Shown here: positions 48,464 to 59,368 of the stretch, piece by piece | Position numbering within the stretch: position 1 is the first letter of the stretch | How the letters are laid out: the number at the start of each line of letters is the position of its first letter | Origin: Sphingobium sp. | Lineage (GTDB): Bacteria > Pseudomonadota > Alphaproteobacteria > Sphingomonadales > Sphingomonadaceae | Assembly: GCA_017984895.1 (NCBI GenBank) | Contig: JAGNYO010000005.1 | Location: 1,010 to 65,009 of the forward strand | DNA length: 64,000 bases | Direction: 5' to 3' | Translations under genes and position numbers: made by a program | Notes under the pieces: model-generated | Database searches by the model: none | Told to the model about the DNA's origin: nothing | What the model saw: only the letters and a program-made list of their open reading frames with translations

Positions 48464-49260
48464 CCGAACAAAATCCGCGCCACTTTATCCCACATCATGG
48501 GTGAGGCGGCGGCGAGCATGCCGGTGGTGTCGGATGATGCAAGATAGGGCGCGCCGTCGAACCGGCAGGCCATGCCCCCCGCTTCGTTGAGAAACAGAAC
48601 CCCCGCCGCATGATCCCACGCCAGTGTGCGCTTGAATAGCGCGAGGTCGTTCTGCCCTAGCACAATGCGGGGATATTGTTCCGCTGCGCAACGCGGGATG
48701 CTGACAATATCGAGCTTCCCGTCCATGCGTGCCTCTATCTGCGCGCGTTCCTCGGGGTTGAGGAACAGCGTCGATATACCTGCGAGCGGGAGTTGTGCGC
48801 CGCTTTCTCGCGCCATTATGCGCTCGCCATTAATGGTCGCACCTTGCCCGCGCGCGGCATGGCACATGCGCCCGGTAAGCGGATCGTATATCCAGCCCGC
48901 AATCGGTTCGCCACGTTCGGCGAGGGCAATGATGACGCCGAAGGGCGCACGCCCGGCCGCAAAGTTACCAGTGCCGTCGATCGGGTCGATGATCCAGCAC
49001 AGCTCGCTCGCCAACCCGCCCGCCACCCCAGGATCCGCTGCGCAGGCTTCCTCGCCCACGATCAGCGCGTCGGGCAACAGCCGCGCCAGCCCTTCAGATA
49101 GCCGCAGCTCGCTCTCCCTGTCGGCGATGGTGACGAGGTCGTTCTTCGCCTTCTCGATCACCTCATGCGCAGCAAGGTTCTGGAAGCGTGGCAGGATCAC
49201 CTCTGCCGCCACAGTGCGCATCAGCGCGCCGACATTCTCTCTCAGCATAGCATCCGTCAT
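48460..49260 (-). CDS. Inositol monophosphatase family protein
   Basis: 266 aa. ..WIIDPIDGTGNF.. and ..WDHAAG.. motifs. Its stop overlaps the convergent amidotransferase stop by 4 nt. Confidence 0.88.
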   Translation of the reverse strand: MTDAMLRENVGALMRTVAAEVILPRFQNLAAHEVIEKAKNDLVTIADRESELRLSEGLARLLPDALIVGEEACAADPGVAGGLASELCWIIDPIDGTGNFAAGRAPFGVIIALAERGEPIAGWIYDPLTGRMCHAARGQGATINGERIMARESGAQLPLAGISTLFLNPEERAQIEARMDGKLDIVSIPRCAAEQYPRIVLGQNDLALFKRTLAWDHAAGVLFLNEAGGMACRFDGAPYLASSDTTGMLAAASPMMWDKVARILFG

Positions 49261-49886
49261 GGCTTTAGCCGCGCTATCGCCATGCCTGCCGCCAGCGCCA
49301 TGAAGATGCCGCCAGACACGCGTGCCATCCGCCGCTCAGCAGCGGGAGAGAGAGCAAGGCCGCCGAGCCGGTAAGCGAGCAGGCCATAGCCCGTCAGCAC
49401 GAGCACTTCGAAGGTGATGCCAATGGCGCCGAGTGCTATGATCTGTGGCACGATGGGGCGGCTGAGCATGAGGAAAGGCGGCACAAAAACCATAAAAAAC
49501 AACAGCGCCTTGGGATTGGCAAGTTGAACCGCCAATCCGGTCGGCACGCCGCGCAGCAGGCCGGTTTGCCTTCCTGCCCGGCCCGTTTCGAGATGCGCGC
49601 GTTTCCGCCAGGTCTGCACACCGAGCCAGAACAGATAGGCGATGCCCGCCCAGCCGAGCACCGCGAGCACCACGGGCGCACGCTCAACCAGCGCGACAAG
49701 GCCCGTGCCCACCATCATATACCAGATGGCGTTGCCCGCATTGATGCCGATTATCGCGCCGGCCATGCCACGCAACGAGCCGCTAAGCCCAAAGCCGGTT
49801 ACTGTCGCTACCGCCGGGCCTGGCATCAGGCAGGCAATCAGTTCCATGATCGCGAACGCTATGAGCAGGTGGACGGTGTCCTCCAC
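49257..49886 (-). CDS. LysE-family amino-acid efflux translocator
   Basis: About 209 aa from GTG 49886 (VEDTVHLLIAFAIMELIACLMPGPAV..). Start placed 5 nt after the argJ stop, with PGP about 22 aa from the start as is typical for LysE/RhtB. ..NPKALLFF.. motif. ATGA overlap with the IMPase start. Confidence 0.75.
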   Translation of the reverse strand: MEDTVHLLIAFAIMELIACLMPGPAVATVTGFGLSGSLRGMAGAIIGINAGNAIWYMMVGTGLVALVERAPVVLAVLGWAGIAYLFWLGVQTWRKRAHLETGRAGRQTGLLRGVPTGLAVQLANPKALLFFMVFVPPFLMLSRPIVPQIIALGAIGITFEVLVLTGYGLLAYRLGGLALSPAAERRMARVSGGIFMALAAGMAIARLKP

Positions 49887-49891
49887 CGCCG

Positions 49892-51115
49892 TCAGCTCCG
49901 GTAATCGGCGTTGATGGAGATATAACCGTGGGTTAGGTCGCAGGTCCACACACTGGCCCGGCCATTGCCCAGCCCGATGTCGACGCCAATTTCGATATGA
50001 TGGCCCTTGAGGTGCGCAGAGACTGGCGCTTCATCATAACCTTCTACCGGATAGCCATTGGCGGCGACCCTGGTGGCGCCGAAGCTGATCGAGAGCGTAT
50101 CCCGGTCAGCCGGTTCACCCGCCTTGCCGACCGCCATGACAACGCGGCCCCAGTTGGCATCCTCGCCCGCGATGGCGGTTTTTACCAGCGGCGAGTTGGC
50201 GATGGACAGGCCGATGCGCCGTGCGCTCTCGTCAGACACAGCGCCGGTCACGCGGATTTCGATGAACTTCTGCGCGCCCTCGCCATCCTTCACCACAAGG
50301 TGCGCGAGCTGGGTGCAGATGTCCCTTAGCGCAGCCTGAAACGCGTCTGCGCCGGGGCTGTCGCGGCGGATGAGCGGCACGTTGTCTGCCTTGCCAGTCG
50401 CGAACACCAGTACGGTGTCCGATGTCGAGGTGTCGCCATCAACCGTAATGCAGGAAAAGCTCTGGGCATTGGCGTCATTGAGCATCTGCTGCAACAACGC
50501 GGGATCAATCGCGGCATCGGTGAAGATATAGCCGAGCATCGTCCCCATATCGGGCGCAATCATGCCGCTGCCCTTGATGATGCCGGAGAGTGTCACCTTG
50601 GTGCCGCCGATCATGGCGGAGGTGGTCGCGCCCTTGGGGAAGGTGTCGGTCGTGCCGATGGTCAGCGCCGCGTCCTCCCAGCCGCACGGCGCGGCGGTGA
50701 GGGCCGCCTCCACGCCTGCGCGCGCCTTGTCCTTAGGCAGCGGCACACCGATGACGCCGGTGGAGGAGACGAACACCTCGGACGGCGCACACCCGATATG
50801 CGTCGCCACCTGACCCATGATCTGCTCTACCGCCTCGCGCCCGCGATAGCCGGTGAAGGCGTTGCTGTTGCCCGCATTGACGACGAGCGCCCGCGCACGC
50901 CCGCCTTTTACACCCTCGCGGCACAGTTCTACCTCGCTGGAGCAGCAGAGGTTTTTCGTGGTAACGCCTGCCACGCTCGTTCCTTCCGCAAGCTCGGCAA
51001 AGGTGAGGTCGCACCTGTCCCATTCCTTGTAGCGCGCCCGCGCCACGCGCAGGGTGACGCCCGCGACAGTGGGCAGATCGGGAAAGGCGGCGGGGGCAAG
51101 AGGCGAGCGTTCCAT
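49892..51115 (-). CDS. argJ: Bifunctional glutamate N-acetyltransferase / amino-acid acetyltransferase
   Basis: 407 aa from internal M104 of ORF 49892..51424 (MERSPLAP..). ..GSGMIAPDMGTMLGYIFTDA.. contains the autoproteolytic T site. ..ANWGRV.. and C-terminal ..YISINADYRS. Confidence 0.93.
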   Translation of the reverse strand: MERSPLAPAAFPDLPTVAGVTLRVARARYKEWDRCDLTFAELAEGTSVAGVTTKNLCCSSEVELCREGVKGGRARALVVNAGNSNAFTGYRGREAVEQIMGQVATHIGCAPSEVFVSSTGVIGVPLPKDKARAGVEAALTAAPCGWEDAALTIGTTDTFPKGATTSAMIGGTKVTLSGIIKGSGMIAPDMGTMLGYIFTDAAIDPALLQQMLNDANAQSFSCITVDGDTSTSDTVLVFATGKADNVPLIRRDSPGADAFQAALRDICTQLAHLVVKDGEGAQKFIEIRVTGAVSDESARRIGLSIANSPLVKTAIAGEDANWGRVVMAVGKAGEPADRDTLSISFGATRVAANGYPVEGYDEAPVSAHLKGHHIEIGVDIGLGNGRASVWTCDLTHGYISINADYRS

Positions 51116-51218
51116 GAGGATCGCGATTAGCGGATTTGGGGCGGGGGTCAACATGGCGCTTGTGGGACGCGAGATGAGATGGCACCACGAGGACGATGTT
51201 GACGGGGCAGGGGGGACT

Positions 51219-52160
51219 ATGAAGGCGATCCGGGGCATGATGTTTTTGGCCGCTGCGATGCTGGGCATGGGCGTTGCGCAGGCCGACATCCCCAAGGCTA
51301 TACCGCTCGCGCCGCCGCCAATCCCCATGCCTTCACTGCACGCGCCCTCCAAACCCGCTCCGCCGCTCCCGCCTACGCCGAAGGTAAGGGCCAAGCCAGC
51401 GGAATCGCCGGGCATTTGGATCAATCCCGATGATTATCCCAGGCCGGCGCTCTATAACGAGATGACGGGCATCTCCGGGGTTCGCCTGTTTATAGATCCC
51501 TCAGGCAAGGTTAACCACTGTCAGATCACGGCGGGCAGCGGCTTCGAGGTCCTGGATAACGCTGCATGCGAGCGCCTGATCGAGCATGGCAACTTCACCC
51601 CCGCAAAAGACGCGAAGGGCAAAGCGGTGGCCGATATATGGACCAGCCGCGTGGTGTGGAAAATGCCCTTCACCACACCTCAACCCATGCGAGAAGGAAC
51701 AGGGATCGCCACCCTCCAGATCAACAAGCTAGGCGTCGTTATCGACTGCGCGGTGAAAGTGAAATCCTGGGACGCCGAAACATCACAGGAGCAATGCTGG
51801 AGCGCAGATACTGTGCCGCCGCTCGCCGCGTTGGAAATGCGGGGATATGGCGAGGTGCCGATGGTTGAGGTCGATATGGAGTGGTCGTCCACATTCAGTA
51901 GTGCCGGGCGGGATCGGCTAATGCAGGAAAGGTCCGGCTTTGAAACGCGTTCGTTGCTGGTGTTCCGCTTTGAAATCAATACGGAAGGCCAGATGATCCA
52001 ATGCGTGATGGAGCGGCAAAGGGGGAGTGAAAAGCTGATAACCAATCTGTGCTTGCAGGCCACCAAACAGCTTTATGCGCCGGTGAAGGACGCTACCGGC
52101 ACCCCGGTTTCCACTCCCGGCTGGTTTGTCTATCGCATCCTGCGCAAGTTGGGGCCATAA
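51219..52160 (+). CDS. Secreted TonB-C-terminal-domain-like protein (repeated domain)
   Basis: 313 aa from internal M56 ([23 protein letters not shown]..). Pro-rich linker. A clear TonB_C-like module (..[62 protein letters not shown]..). A second, weaker copy near the C-terminus. Confidence 0.65.
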   Translation: MKAIRGMMFLAAAMLGMGVAQADIPKAIPLAPPPIPMPSLHAPSKPAPPLPPTPKVRAKPAESPGIWINPDDYPRPALYNEMTGISGVRLFIDPSGKVNHCQITAGSGFEVLDNAACERLIEHGNFTPAKDAKGKAVADIWTSRVVWKMPFTTPQPMREGTGIATLQINKLGVVIDCAVKVKSWDAETSQEQCWSADTVPPLAALEMRGYGEVPMVEVDMEWSSTFSSAGRDRLMQERSGFETRSLLVFRFEINTEGQMIQCVMERQRGSEKLITNLCLQATKQLYAPVKDATGTPVSTPGWFVYRILRKLGP

Positions 52161-52288
52161 GCGCTCGCGTCCGCACGTTAAACCCGCCGCCTTCAATTGA
52201 CTTCCCGCTGCCTCAACCCTACATCGCGGCGGTAATTTATGTGCGCGATCCGCTATGGGCAGCGCACCCGTTCAGTCAGGATGGTTTC

Positions 52289-55006
52289 ATGCTCGGCGCG
52301 TTCGCCAAATCCCTCTTTGGTTCGTCCAACGATCGTTATGTCAAGTCGCTGGGCCGCATCGTCGGCCAGATCGGCGCATTTGAGCCTACCATATCGGCGC
52401 TGACCGATGCGGAGCTGGTCGATCAGACCCGCAAGTTTCGCGAGCGCCTCGGCGGTAAAGAAACGCTCGATGATCTGCTGCCCGAAGCCTTTGCCACGGT
52501 GCGCGAGGCGGGCAAGCGCGTGCTCGGCATGCGGCATTTCGATGTGCAGATGATCGGCGGCATCGTGCTCCATCGCGGCGAGATTGCGGAGATGCGCACG
52601 GGCGAGGGCAAAACCCTCGTGGCGACGCTCGCGACCTATCTCAACGCGCTGGAGGGCAAGGGCGTCCATGTCGTCACCGTGAACGACTATCTGGCCCGGC
52701 GTGACTGCGACTGGATGGGGCAGGTCTATCGTTTCCTTGGTCTTACGACAGGCGTTATCGTGCCTAATCTGCGCGAGGATGAGCGCCGCCTGGCCTATGC
52801 GGCAGACATCACCTACGCCACAAACAACGAGCTGGGCTTCGATTATCTGCGCGATAACATGAAATATGATCGTGCCCAGATGGTGCAGCGGCCCTTCAAC
52901 TACGCGATTGTCGACGAGGTGGACTCGATCCTGATCGACGAGGCGCGCACGCCGCTGATCATTTCCGGTCCAACAGACGACAAATCCGAGCTATATCTCA
53001 GCGTCGATGCGCTGGTGAAGCAGCTTGGGTCGGACGCCTATGATAAGGACGAGAAGCAGCGCAATATCACGCTGACCGAGGAAGGCACCGAGACGATTGA
53101 GCGGCTGTTGGAAACTGCCGGGTTACTCCAGGGCAGCAACCTCTATGACTTCGAGAATACGCAGGTCGTCCACCACGTTAATCAGTCGTTGCGCGCCAAT
53201 ATGATGTTCAAGCGCGATATCGATTACATCGTGAAAGACGATAAGGTCATCATCATCGACGAGTTCACCGGACGCATGATGGACGGCCGCCGCTGGTCAG
53301 ACGGGCTGCATCAGGCGGTCGAGGCCAAGGAGGGCGTCCAGATCGAGCCGGAGAACCAGACGCTCGCCTCGATCACCTTCCAGAATTATTTCCGCATGTA
53401 TCCCAAACTTTCGGGCATGACCGGCACCGCCGCGACCGAAGCGACCGAATTCCACGAAATCTACAAGATGAACGTGGTGACGATCCCCACCAATGTGCCG
53501 GTGCTGCGGATCGACGAAGAGGACCTGTTTTACAAGAGCATTGAGGACAAGTTCGCCGGCATCGCCAAGACGATCCGCGAGCATCAGGCCAAGGGCCAGC
53601 CGGTGCTGGTCGGCACAGTGAGCATCGAGAAATCGGAAATGCTTTCGGAGTTTCTCAACAAGGAAGGCGTGACGCACAGTGTCTTGAACGCCCGCTTCCA
53701 CGAGAGCGAGGCACATATCGTGGCGCAGGCCGGGCGGCTGGGCATGGTGACGATCGCGACCAACATGGCCGGGCGTGGCACCGACATTCAACTTGGCGGC
53801 AACCTCGATTTTCGTATCGAGGATGAGCTGAGGGATGTGTCCGAGGGGCGGGAGCGCGATGCCGCGATCGAGCGCCTTCGCGCCGAGATTGCCGCCGAGA
53901 AGGCCAAGGTGCTGGAAGCGGGTGGCCTGTGCGTCATCGGCACTGAACGACACGAGAGCCGCCGCATCGACAACCAGCTGCGCGGCCGTTCGGGCCGTCA
54001 GGGCGACCCCGGCCTTTCGCGTTTTTACCTCAGCCTTGACGACGATCTGTTGCGCATCTTTGGCCCCGATACGTTGTTTGCCCGTATGATGCGCTCCAGC
54101 CTGGAGGATGGCGAGGCGCTGCCCCCCTCCAAATGGATGTCAAAGGCCATCGAGACTGCGCAAAAGAAAGTTGAGGCGCGCAACTATGATGTGCGCAAGC
54201 AGGTCGTCGAGTATGACGACGTGATGAACGACCAGCGCAAGGTGATTTACGAGCAGCGCGGCGACATCATGGATGCCGAGACGGTGGACGATGTAGTCGT
54301 CGATATGCGGCACGAGACGGTCAATGATATTGTCGGTGCCTGCTGCCCCCCTGGAACTTATCCGGAGCAGTGGAATGTAGACGCGCTCAAGACGCGGGTG
54401 CGCGATACCCTTAGTCTTGAGCCGGATATCGACGGCTGGCTGGCGGAGGACGCAGTGGCACCCGAAATCCTCGAAGAGCGGCTGATCGCGCTGGCGGATG
54501 CGGCGGTTGCGGAAAAGGTAGGGGCGCTGGACGAGGAAAGCTGGCATGGCATAGAAAAAAGCATCCTGCTGCAAAACCTCGATCATCACTGGAAGGAACA
54601 TCTGGCAACGCTCGACGCGCTGCGGCAGGTGGTGCATCTGCGCGCATATGCCCAAAAAACGCCCATTAATGAGTATAAGGCGGAGGCGTTTGCACTGTTT
54701 GAGCGGATGCTGGGTAATATTCGCGAAGACGTGACGCAGACGATTTCGCGCGTGCAGTTCCAGTTTGAGAACGCGGCCGATATCCTGGAATTGCCGACCC
54801 TGCCCGAGTTCATCACCAATTACGGCGCGGATGGCGGCGCGGGGGCGGGCGTGGATGAAAACGGCTTTGTCACCACGCGCATCCCCGGTATTTCGGGGGG
54901 AGTAGATGGGAGCGATCCCTATGCCGGGCAAGGCGTCAGCCGTAACGCATTGTGCCCTTGCGGATCGGGCAAACGCTATAAGCATTGCCACGGCGCGTTG
55001 AGCTGA
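52289..55006 (+). CDS. secA: Preprotein translocase ATPase SecA
   Basis: 905 aa from internal M81 ([19 protein letters not shown]..). ..[13 protein letters not shown].. Walker A, ..[20 protein letters not shown].. DEAD-like motif, C-terminal zinc site [14 protein letters not shown]. Confidence 0.97.
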   Translation: MLGAFAKSLFGSSNDRYVKSLGRIVGQIGAFEPTISALTDAELVDQTRKFRERLGGKETLDDLLPEAFATVREAGKRVLGMRHFDVQMIGGIVLHRGEIAEMRTGEGKTLVATLATYLNALEGKGVHVVTVNDYLARRDCDWMGQVYRFLGLTTGVIVPNLREDERRLAYAADITYATNNELGFDYLRDNMKYDRAQMVQRPFNYAIVDEVDSILIDEARTPLIISGPTDDKSELYLSVDALVKQLGSDAYDKDEKQRNITLTEEGTETIERLLETAGLLQGSNLYDFENTQVVHHVNQSLRANMMFKRDIDYIVKDDKVIIIDEFTGRMMDGRRWSDGLHQAVEAKEGVQIEPENQTLASITFQNYFRMYPKLSGMTGTAATEATEFHEIYKMNVVTIPTNVPVLRIDEEDLFYKSIEDKFAGIAKTIREHQAKGQPVLVGTVSIEKSEMLSEFLNKEGVTHSVLNARFHESEAHIVAQAGRLGMVTIATNMAGRGTDIQLGGNLDFRIEDELRDVSEGRERDAAIERLRAEIAAEKAKVLEAGGLCVIGTERHESRRIDNQLRGRSGRQGDPGLSRFYLSLDDDLLRIFGPDTLFARMMRSSLEDGEALPPSKWMSKAIETAQKKVEARNYDVRKQVVEYDDVMNDQRKVIYEQRGDIMDAETVDDVVVDMRHETVNDIVGACCPPGTYPEQWNVDALKTRVRDTLSLEPDIDGWLAEDAVAPEILEERLIALADAAVAEKVGALDEESWHGIEKSILLQNLDHHWKEHLATLDALRQVVHLRAYAQKTPINEYKAEAFALFERMLGNIREDVTQTISRVQFQFENAADILELPTLPEFITNYGADGGAGAGVDENGFVTTRIPGISGGVDGSDPYAGQGVSRNALCPCGSGKRYKHCHGALS

Positions 55007-55018
55007 GGTTAAACGGAC

Positions 55019-55534
55019 TCAAACAGGCCGCGGACCCAGCATCCCGCTCAGCATGGGCAGTGGAGCAACACCCGGCATATCACGCGCCAGAAGGCGGCGC
55101 TGCTCTACTGGCCCAGGCGCGCGCCATTGCGCTGTCATGTTCGCGCCAAACCCCCAGAAACGGCCATAATATTCCGGGTCACCTATCATCATTAGCGGGC
55201 CATTCGTCTGTGCATCCGCGTCAGCAATCAGCCGGTCCATCAGCAGCTTGCCAAAGCCTTCGCCCTGCCGTTCGGGCAGCACGGCGACCGGGCCGACCAT
55301 GATGAGCGCGGTGCATGCGCCATCATCGCCATGCAGCGCCACCGGCCAGCTTTGCAGCAGCCCCACAAACGTGCCCGCATCGTCCGCCAGCCCATAGCTC
55401 AACTCTGGCAGCCAGCGCATGCCGGTGCGGATCGCATAGGCGGTGCGGCCATGCCTGTCTTGCCCAAAGGCTGCATCCAGCAGTGCATCGATGGTGTCGG
55501 CGTTGTGGGTAGCCAAGGGGGAAAGGGTCGTCAC
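55019..55534 (-). CDS. GNAT-family N-acetyltransferase (YhbS-like)
   Basis: About 171 aa from GTG 55534 (VTTLSPLATHNADTIDALLDAAFG..). ..VGPVAVLPERQGEGFGKLLM.. acetyl-CoA-binding motif. Start uncertain. Confidence 0.7.
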   Translation of the reverse strand: MTTLSPLATHNADTIDALLDAAFGQDRHGRTAYAIRTGMRWLPELSYGLADDAGTFVGLLQSWPVALHGDDGACTALIMVGPVAVLPERQGEGFGKLLMDRLIADADAQTNGPLMMIGDPEYYGRFWGFGANMTAQWRAPGPVEQRRLLARDMPGVAPLPMLSGMLGPRPV

Positions 55535-55647
55535 TCTTGCTGTTCTATCACTAAAAGGGCATGAGCGCCCGGAAGCCGCGCCCTTTAGCGCGCAGCCATC
55601 AAATTGAAAGACATTTTTCGTTTGTCCGCACCGGAGCATCATTTCGC

Positions 55648-56040
55648 ATGAACGAGTTTCGCTTTACCGAGGGTGACTTTCTTGTGCTGGAGGTCGAGGA
55701 TCTGCATGTCGATGTTCTCACCGGCATCTATTCTGAAGAGACGCATCTGCCCCAGCCGCTGAGGATTTCAGTGCGAACCCTGGTCGCGCAGGAAGATCAT
55801 TACGCGCCCGATACACCGCTCAGCCGATCCAAAAACTATATGGACCTGAAGCACGCCGCGACCGACGCTCTACCCAAGGACCGGCATTTCAAGCTGATTG
55901 AGGCAGTGGCGGATCATATCATTGACACGATCTTCCTTCAGGACACCAAGGTGCGTCATGTGCGGGTCAAGATCGTGAAGCTCGCACTGTCAGAAAATGG
56001 CGAGTCGATTGGTATCACTATGGCGCGGGCACGGCGATAG
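55648..56040 (+). CDS. folB: Dihydroneopterin aldolase family protein
   Basis: 130 aa from internal M30 (MNEFRF..). ..GIYSEETHLPQPLRISV.. and ..SKNYMDLK..FKLIEAVA..I.. fit the FolB pattern. Confidence 0.7.
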   Translation: MNEFRFTEGDFLVLEVEDLHVDVLTGIYSEETHLPQPLRISVRTLVAQEDHYAPDTPLSRSKNYMDLKHAATDALPKDRHFKLIEAVADHIIDTIFLQDTKVRHVRVKIVKLALSENGESIGITMARARR

Positions 56041-56064
56041 ACGGGCAAATGAGGGCAGAATCGT

Positions 56065-57864
56065 TTAGGAGCGGGCTGGCGCATCTCCGCTACGTAACCG
56101 CCGCAGACGCGGTGCATGGTCGAGGTTCGCGGCACGCTTGATGTCCTGTCTCAAATCCTCACGCTGCTGGTGGATCGAGGCGATGACCGGCCCCATCGCC
56201 ACGCCCAGTTCGATCAACGCCGTCTCGGCGAGCTGGAGTGAACTTTCCAATGTCTCCGGAACGGCCTCGGTTGCACCAACCTCATAAAGCCTGCTGGCAT
56301 GATCCGCATCGCGCGCCCGGGCGACAATGGGCAGATCTGGAAAGGCTTGCCGTGCTGCGCGGGTAATCTTTACGCATAGGACCGGGTCGTCCATCGTGAG
56401 GATGAGCACTCTTGCCTTGTCCAGCGCCAGGCTGTCCAGCGTTTGCGGCCGGGTCACGTTGCCGAAGCGGATGGCATAGCCTTCTTTGCGTCCCTCGATC
56501 ACGATGTCCGGATTGGAATCGATTGCAACATAAGGCTGATCATGCCCGCGCAGCAGATCGCATACCATGCGCCCGACCCGCCCAAAGCCCAGCACGACCG
56601 TGCGGTCATGGGCGGCATCCCCTTGTCGTTCGGCGGCTGCCGGACCATCCGATGCATGGGTGCGATGCTCGATTTGGCGGGCGAGGTTATGGCCCATCCG
56701 CGCCAGCAGAGGCGTGAGCGTCAGTCCGATGGCTGTGGCGATTTGCCAGAATATTGCGGCCTGAGCATTGATGATATTCGCCGCCGAAGCTGTGGCAAGG
56801 ACGATCAGGGTCGTTTCGGAAGGACTGGCCATCAAAAGGCCAACCTCCGCCGCCACACTGCGCCGCGCGCCATACATCCGCAGCAGGAACGCCGTCACCA
56901 GCGTCTTGACCACGACCACACCGCATATCGCGAGCAACAGCGCGGGCCATTGCGCGGCGATGATCTTGAGGTCGAGGCTCATGCCCACAGTCAGAAGGAA
57001 TACCCCCAGCGCCAGCCCTCGGAACGGCGCGGTAATGGTTTCCACTTCGCCACGATAATCTGTCTCGGCGATCAACAGGCCTGCAAGCAGCGCGCCGACT
57101 ATGGGGGATAGGCCAGTGAGTGCAGTCGTCAGGCTTGCCATGATGACGACAAGCAGGCTGGCGGCGAGAAACACCTCGGGGCTTTTGGTGCGCGCGGCCT
57201 GAGCAAATAGCCGGGGCAACACATATGGCCCGGCGAGCAACATTATGATCACGGTGGCGCCGCCGATAAGAACCGTTTGGCCAAGTTGCGCCAGATTATT
57301 CTCTCCGCTTACCGGCGCGATCGCACCCAGAAAGAATATGATCGGGACCAGCGCCAGATCCTCGAAGAGTAGCATGGAAAAGGCGGTGCTACCGACCGGG
57401 GTCTTGGTGCCGACCATCGGCAGCACCAGCGCGGTGGATGAAAGCGCCAGCGCGAGGCCAAGGCCGATCGCCGCCGCGCCGCTATTACCCATTATAATGA
57501 GGATCACTGCAATCAGCGATGCAGAACCGATCAGCTCCATTGCACCCACGCCGAACACCATCTTGCGCATGGACCACAGGCGCTTGAAGCTCAGCTCGAG
57601 GCCGATAGAAAACAAGAGCAATATAATGCCCAGCTCGGCAAAAGGAGCGATGGCTTCGGGCCTGGATATGGTGGCATATTCGAGCCAGGGGAACCGATCC
57701 GCCATCGCGCCGAGTCCGGACGGGCCGACTATCAGCCCCGCGAGAATGAAGCCGATCACCGGGCTTATCTGGAACCGGGCGAAAGTGGGAATGATGATAC
57801 CCGCCGCGCCTAGAATGACGAGAGTATCACTGAGTCCGCTGGTGCTATGAATTTCCAGAGCCAT
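56065..57864 (-). CDS. Monovalent cation:proton antiporter-2 (CPA2) family K+ efflux protein with TrkA-N domain (KefB/KefC-like)
   Basis: 599 aa. About 12 TM segments, then ..VVLGFGRVGRMVCDLL.. Rossmann (TrkA-N) domain. Confidence 0.88.
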   Translation of the reverse strand: MALEIHSTSGLSDTLVILGAAGIIIPTFARFQISPVIGFILAGLIVGPSGLGAMADRFPWLEYATISRPEAIAPFAELGIILLLFSIGLELSFKRLWSMRKMVFGVGAMELIGSASLIAVILIIMGNSGAAAIGLGLALALSSTALVLPMVGTKTPVGSTAFSMLLFEDLALVPIIFFLGAIAPVSGENNLAQLGQTVLIGGATVIIMLLAGPYVLPRLFAQAARTKSPEVFLAASLLVVIMASLTTALTGLSPIVGALLAGLLIAETDYRGEVETITAPFRGLALGVFLLTVGMSLDLKIIAAQWPALLLAICGVVVVKTLVTAFLLRMYGARRSVAAEVGLLMASPSETTLIVLATASAANIINAQAAIFWQIATAIGLTLTPLLARMGHNLARQIEHRTHASDGPAAAERQGDAAHDRTVVLGFGRVGRMVCDLLRGHDQPYVAIDSNPDIVIEGRKEGYAIRFGNVTRPQTLDSLALDKARVLILTMDDPVLCVKITRAARQAFPDLPIVARARDADHASRLYEVGATEAVPETLESSLQLAETALIELGVAMGPVIASIHQQREDLRQDIKRAANLDHAPRLRRLRSGDAPARS

Positions 57865-57934
57865 AGATCCTGTATAAAGCAGGCACTGGCGGCACTGTCA
57901 TGGTATAAAATTACTGGCAGCTAAATATACGCCA

Positions 57935-57962
57935 CTTCCCCTTCCTCATGAGGAAGGGGAAG
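57935..57962 (-). terminator. 28-nt perfect palindrome CTTCCCCTTCCTCA|TGAGGAAGGGGAAG downstream of icd
   Basis: Perfect 14+14 self-complementarity, 12 nt after the icd stop (57975..57977) on the minus strand. No clear T-run. Confidence 0.5.
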
Positions 57963-57974
57963 GGCGCAGGGAGA

Positions 57975-59195
57975 TCATTTCCAGTCGCTCATTGCCGTTT
58001 CGAGGTTGGCGCGGATGGCCTCGAAGAACTGCTCGGTGGTCATCCAGCTTTGCTCGGGGCCGATCAGCAGCGCGAGATCCTTGGTCATCGCGCCACTCTC
58101 TACCGTCTGGATGCAGACGCGCTCCAGTGTCTCGGCAAAGCGGGTGACTTCCGGGGTGTCGTCGAACTTACCGCGATAGACCAGACCCTGCGTCCACGCG
58201 AAGATCGACGCGATCGGGTTGGTTGAGGTGGCCTTACCCTGCTCATGCTGGCGAAAGTGGCGGGTGACGGTGCCGTGCGCGGCTTCGGCCTCGATAGTCT
58301 TGCCATCCGGCGTCATCAGCACCGAGGTCATGAGGCCGAGGCTGCCGAAGCCTTGCGCAACCTGATCGGACTGCACGTCTCCATCATAGTTCTTGCAGGC
58401 CCAGACGAACTTGCCGCTCCACTTCAGCGCGGAGGCTACCATGTCGTCGATCAGGCGGTGTTCGTAAACGATGCCGGCAGCCTTGAATTTATCCTTGAAC
58501 TCTGCCTCGAACACCTCGGCGAACAGATCCTTGAACCGGCCATCATAGGCCTTCAAAATCGTGTTCTTGGTCGAGAGATAGACCGGCCAGTTGCGTCCGA
58601 GGCCATAGTTCATTGAGGCACGGGCGAAATCGCGGATCGAGTCGTCCAGATTATACATGGCGAGTGCCACGCCAGAGCTGGGATATTGGAACACTTCCTC
58701 GTCGATCACATCGCCATTGTCGCCCTCCCATACAAGGCGCAGTTTGCCGGGGCCGGGGACGCGGAAATCGGTCGCTTTATACTGGTCGCCAAAGGCATGG
58801 CGGCCAACGACGATCGGGTCGGTCCAGCCGGGGATCAGGCGCGGCACGTTCTTGATGACGATCGGTTCACGGAACACCACGCCGCCCAGAATATTGCGGA
58901 TGGTGCCATTGGGCGATTTCCACATTTTCTTGAGCTTGAATTCCTCGACGCGGGCTTCGTCGGGTGTGATCGTGGCGCATTTCACGCCGATGCCATATTT
59001 CTTGATGGCGTTGGCGGAATCGACTGTGACCTTGTCGTCGGTGCGGTCACGCTCTTCCATGCCGAGATCGTAATAATGCAGATCGATGTCGAGATAGGGC
59101 TTGATGAGCCGCTCGCGGATCCACTCCCAGATAATCCGGGTCATCTCGTCGCCGTCGATCTCGACCACCGGATTTTTGACTTTTATTTTGGCCAT
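57975..59195 (-). CDS. icd: NADP-dependent isocitrate dehydrogenase (type II, eukaryote-like homodimeric)
   Basis: 406 aa from internal M26 ([23 protein letters not shown]..). ..[32 protein letters not shown].. Confidence 0.95.
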   Translation of the reverse strand: MAKIKVKNPVVEIDGDEMTRIIWEWIRERLIKPYLDIDLHYYDLGMEERDRTDDKVTVDSANAIKKYGIGVKCATITPDEARVEEFKLKKMWKSPNGTIRNILGGVVFREPIVIKNVPRLIPGWTDPIVVGRHAFGDQYKATDFRVPGPGKLRLVWEGDNGDVIDEEVFQYPSSGVALAMYNLDDSIRDFARASMNYGLGRNWPVYLSTKNTILKAYDGRFKDLFAEVFEAEFKDKFKAAGIVYEHRLIDDMVASALKWSGKFVWACKNYDGDVQSDQVAQGFGSLGLMTSVLMTPDGKTIEAEAAHGTVTRHFRQHEQGKATSTNPIASIFAWTQGLVYRGKFDDTPEVTRFAETLERVCIQTVESGAMTKDLALLIGPEQSWMTTEQFFEAIRANLETAMSDWK

Positions 59196-59368
59196 GGCTC
59201 TCGTTCCGCTTTCTCTCTTGGATGGGGAGGATGCGATGGCTCTAGGCAAAGCGCGCACCGGATTCAACATCTCATCGCGTGATTATAGCGGCCAATCCTT
59301 GCCAAAAGCCATAGCAAGCCCTCTGTCCGCCGTTGTGTTGACGGACATCAGCGCCTAAATAGCCAGAT

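Noticed and set aside
48457-48466. The 4-nt overlap of the convergent stop codons of the amidotransferase and IMPase genes, within a small GTTCGG..CCGAAC palindrome.
   Set aside because: The 6-bp arms are too short to argue for a specific element. Overlapping convergent stops are common in compact GC-rich genomes.
49892-51424. Long N-terminal extensions of ORF-track calls: argJ 510 aa, secA from 52049, phoB from 17249, icd from 59270, ligB from 6844, xrtA from 45013, asnB-like from 46502, trxB from 30557.
   Set aside because: The extensions overlap upstream genes or intergenic DNA and lack family similarity. Internal starts reproduce canonical N-termini (for example [27 protein letters not shown]) and often create ATGA-type coupling with the upstream stop.
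57895-57901. Isolated CTGTCAT heptamers at 57895..57901 (kef upstream region) and 61121..61127 as possible Pho boxes.
   Set aside because: Each is a single half-site with no second 7-mer at the 11-bp phase. This is expected by chance at this frequency.
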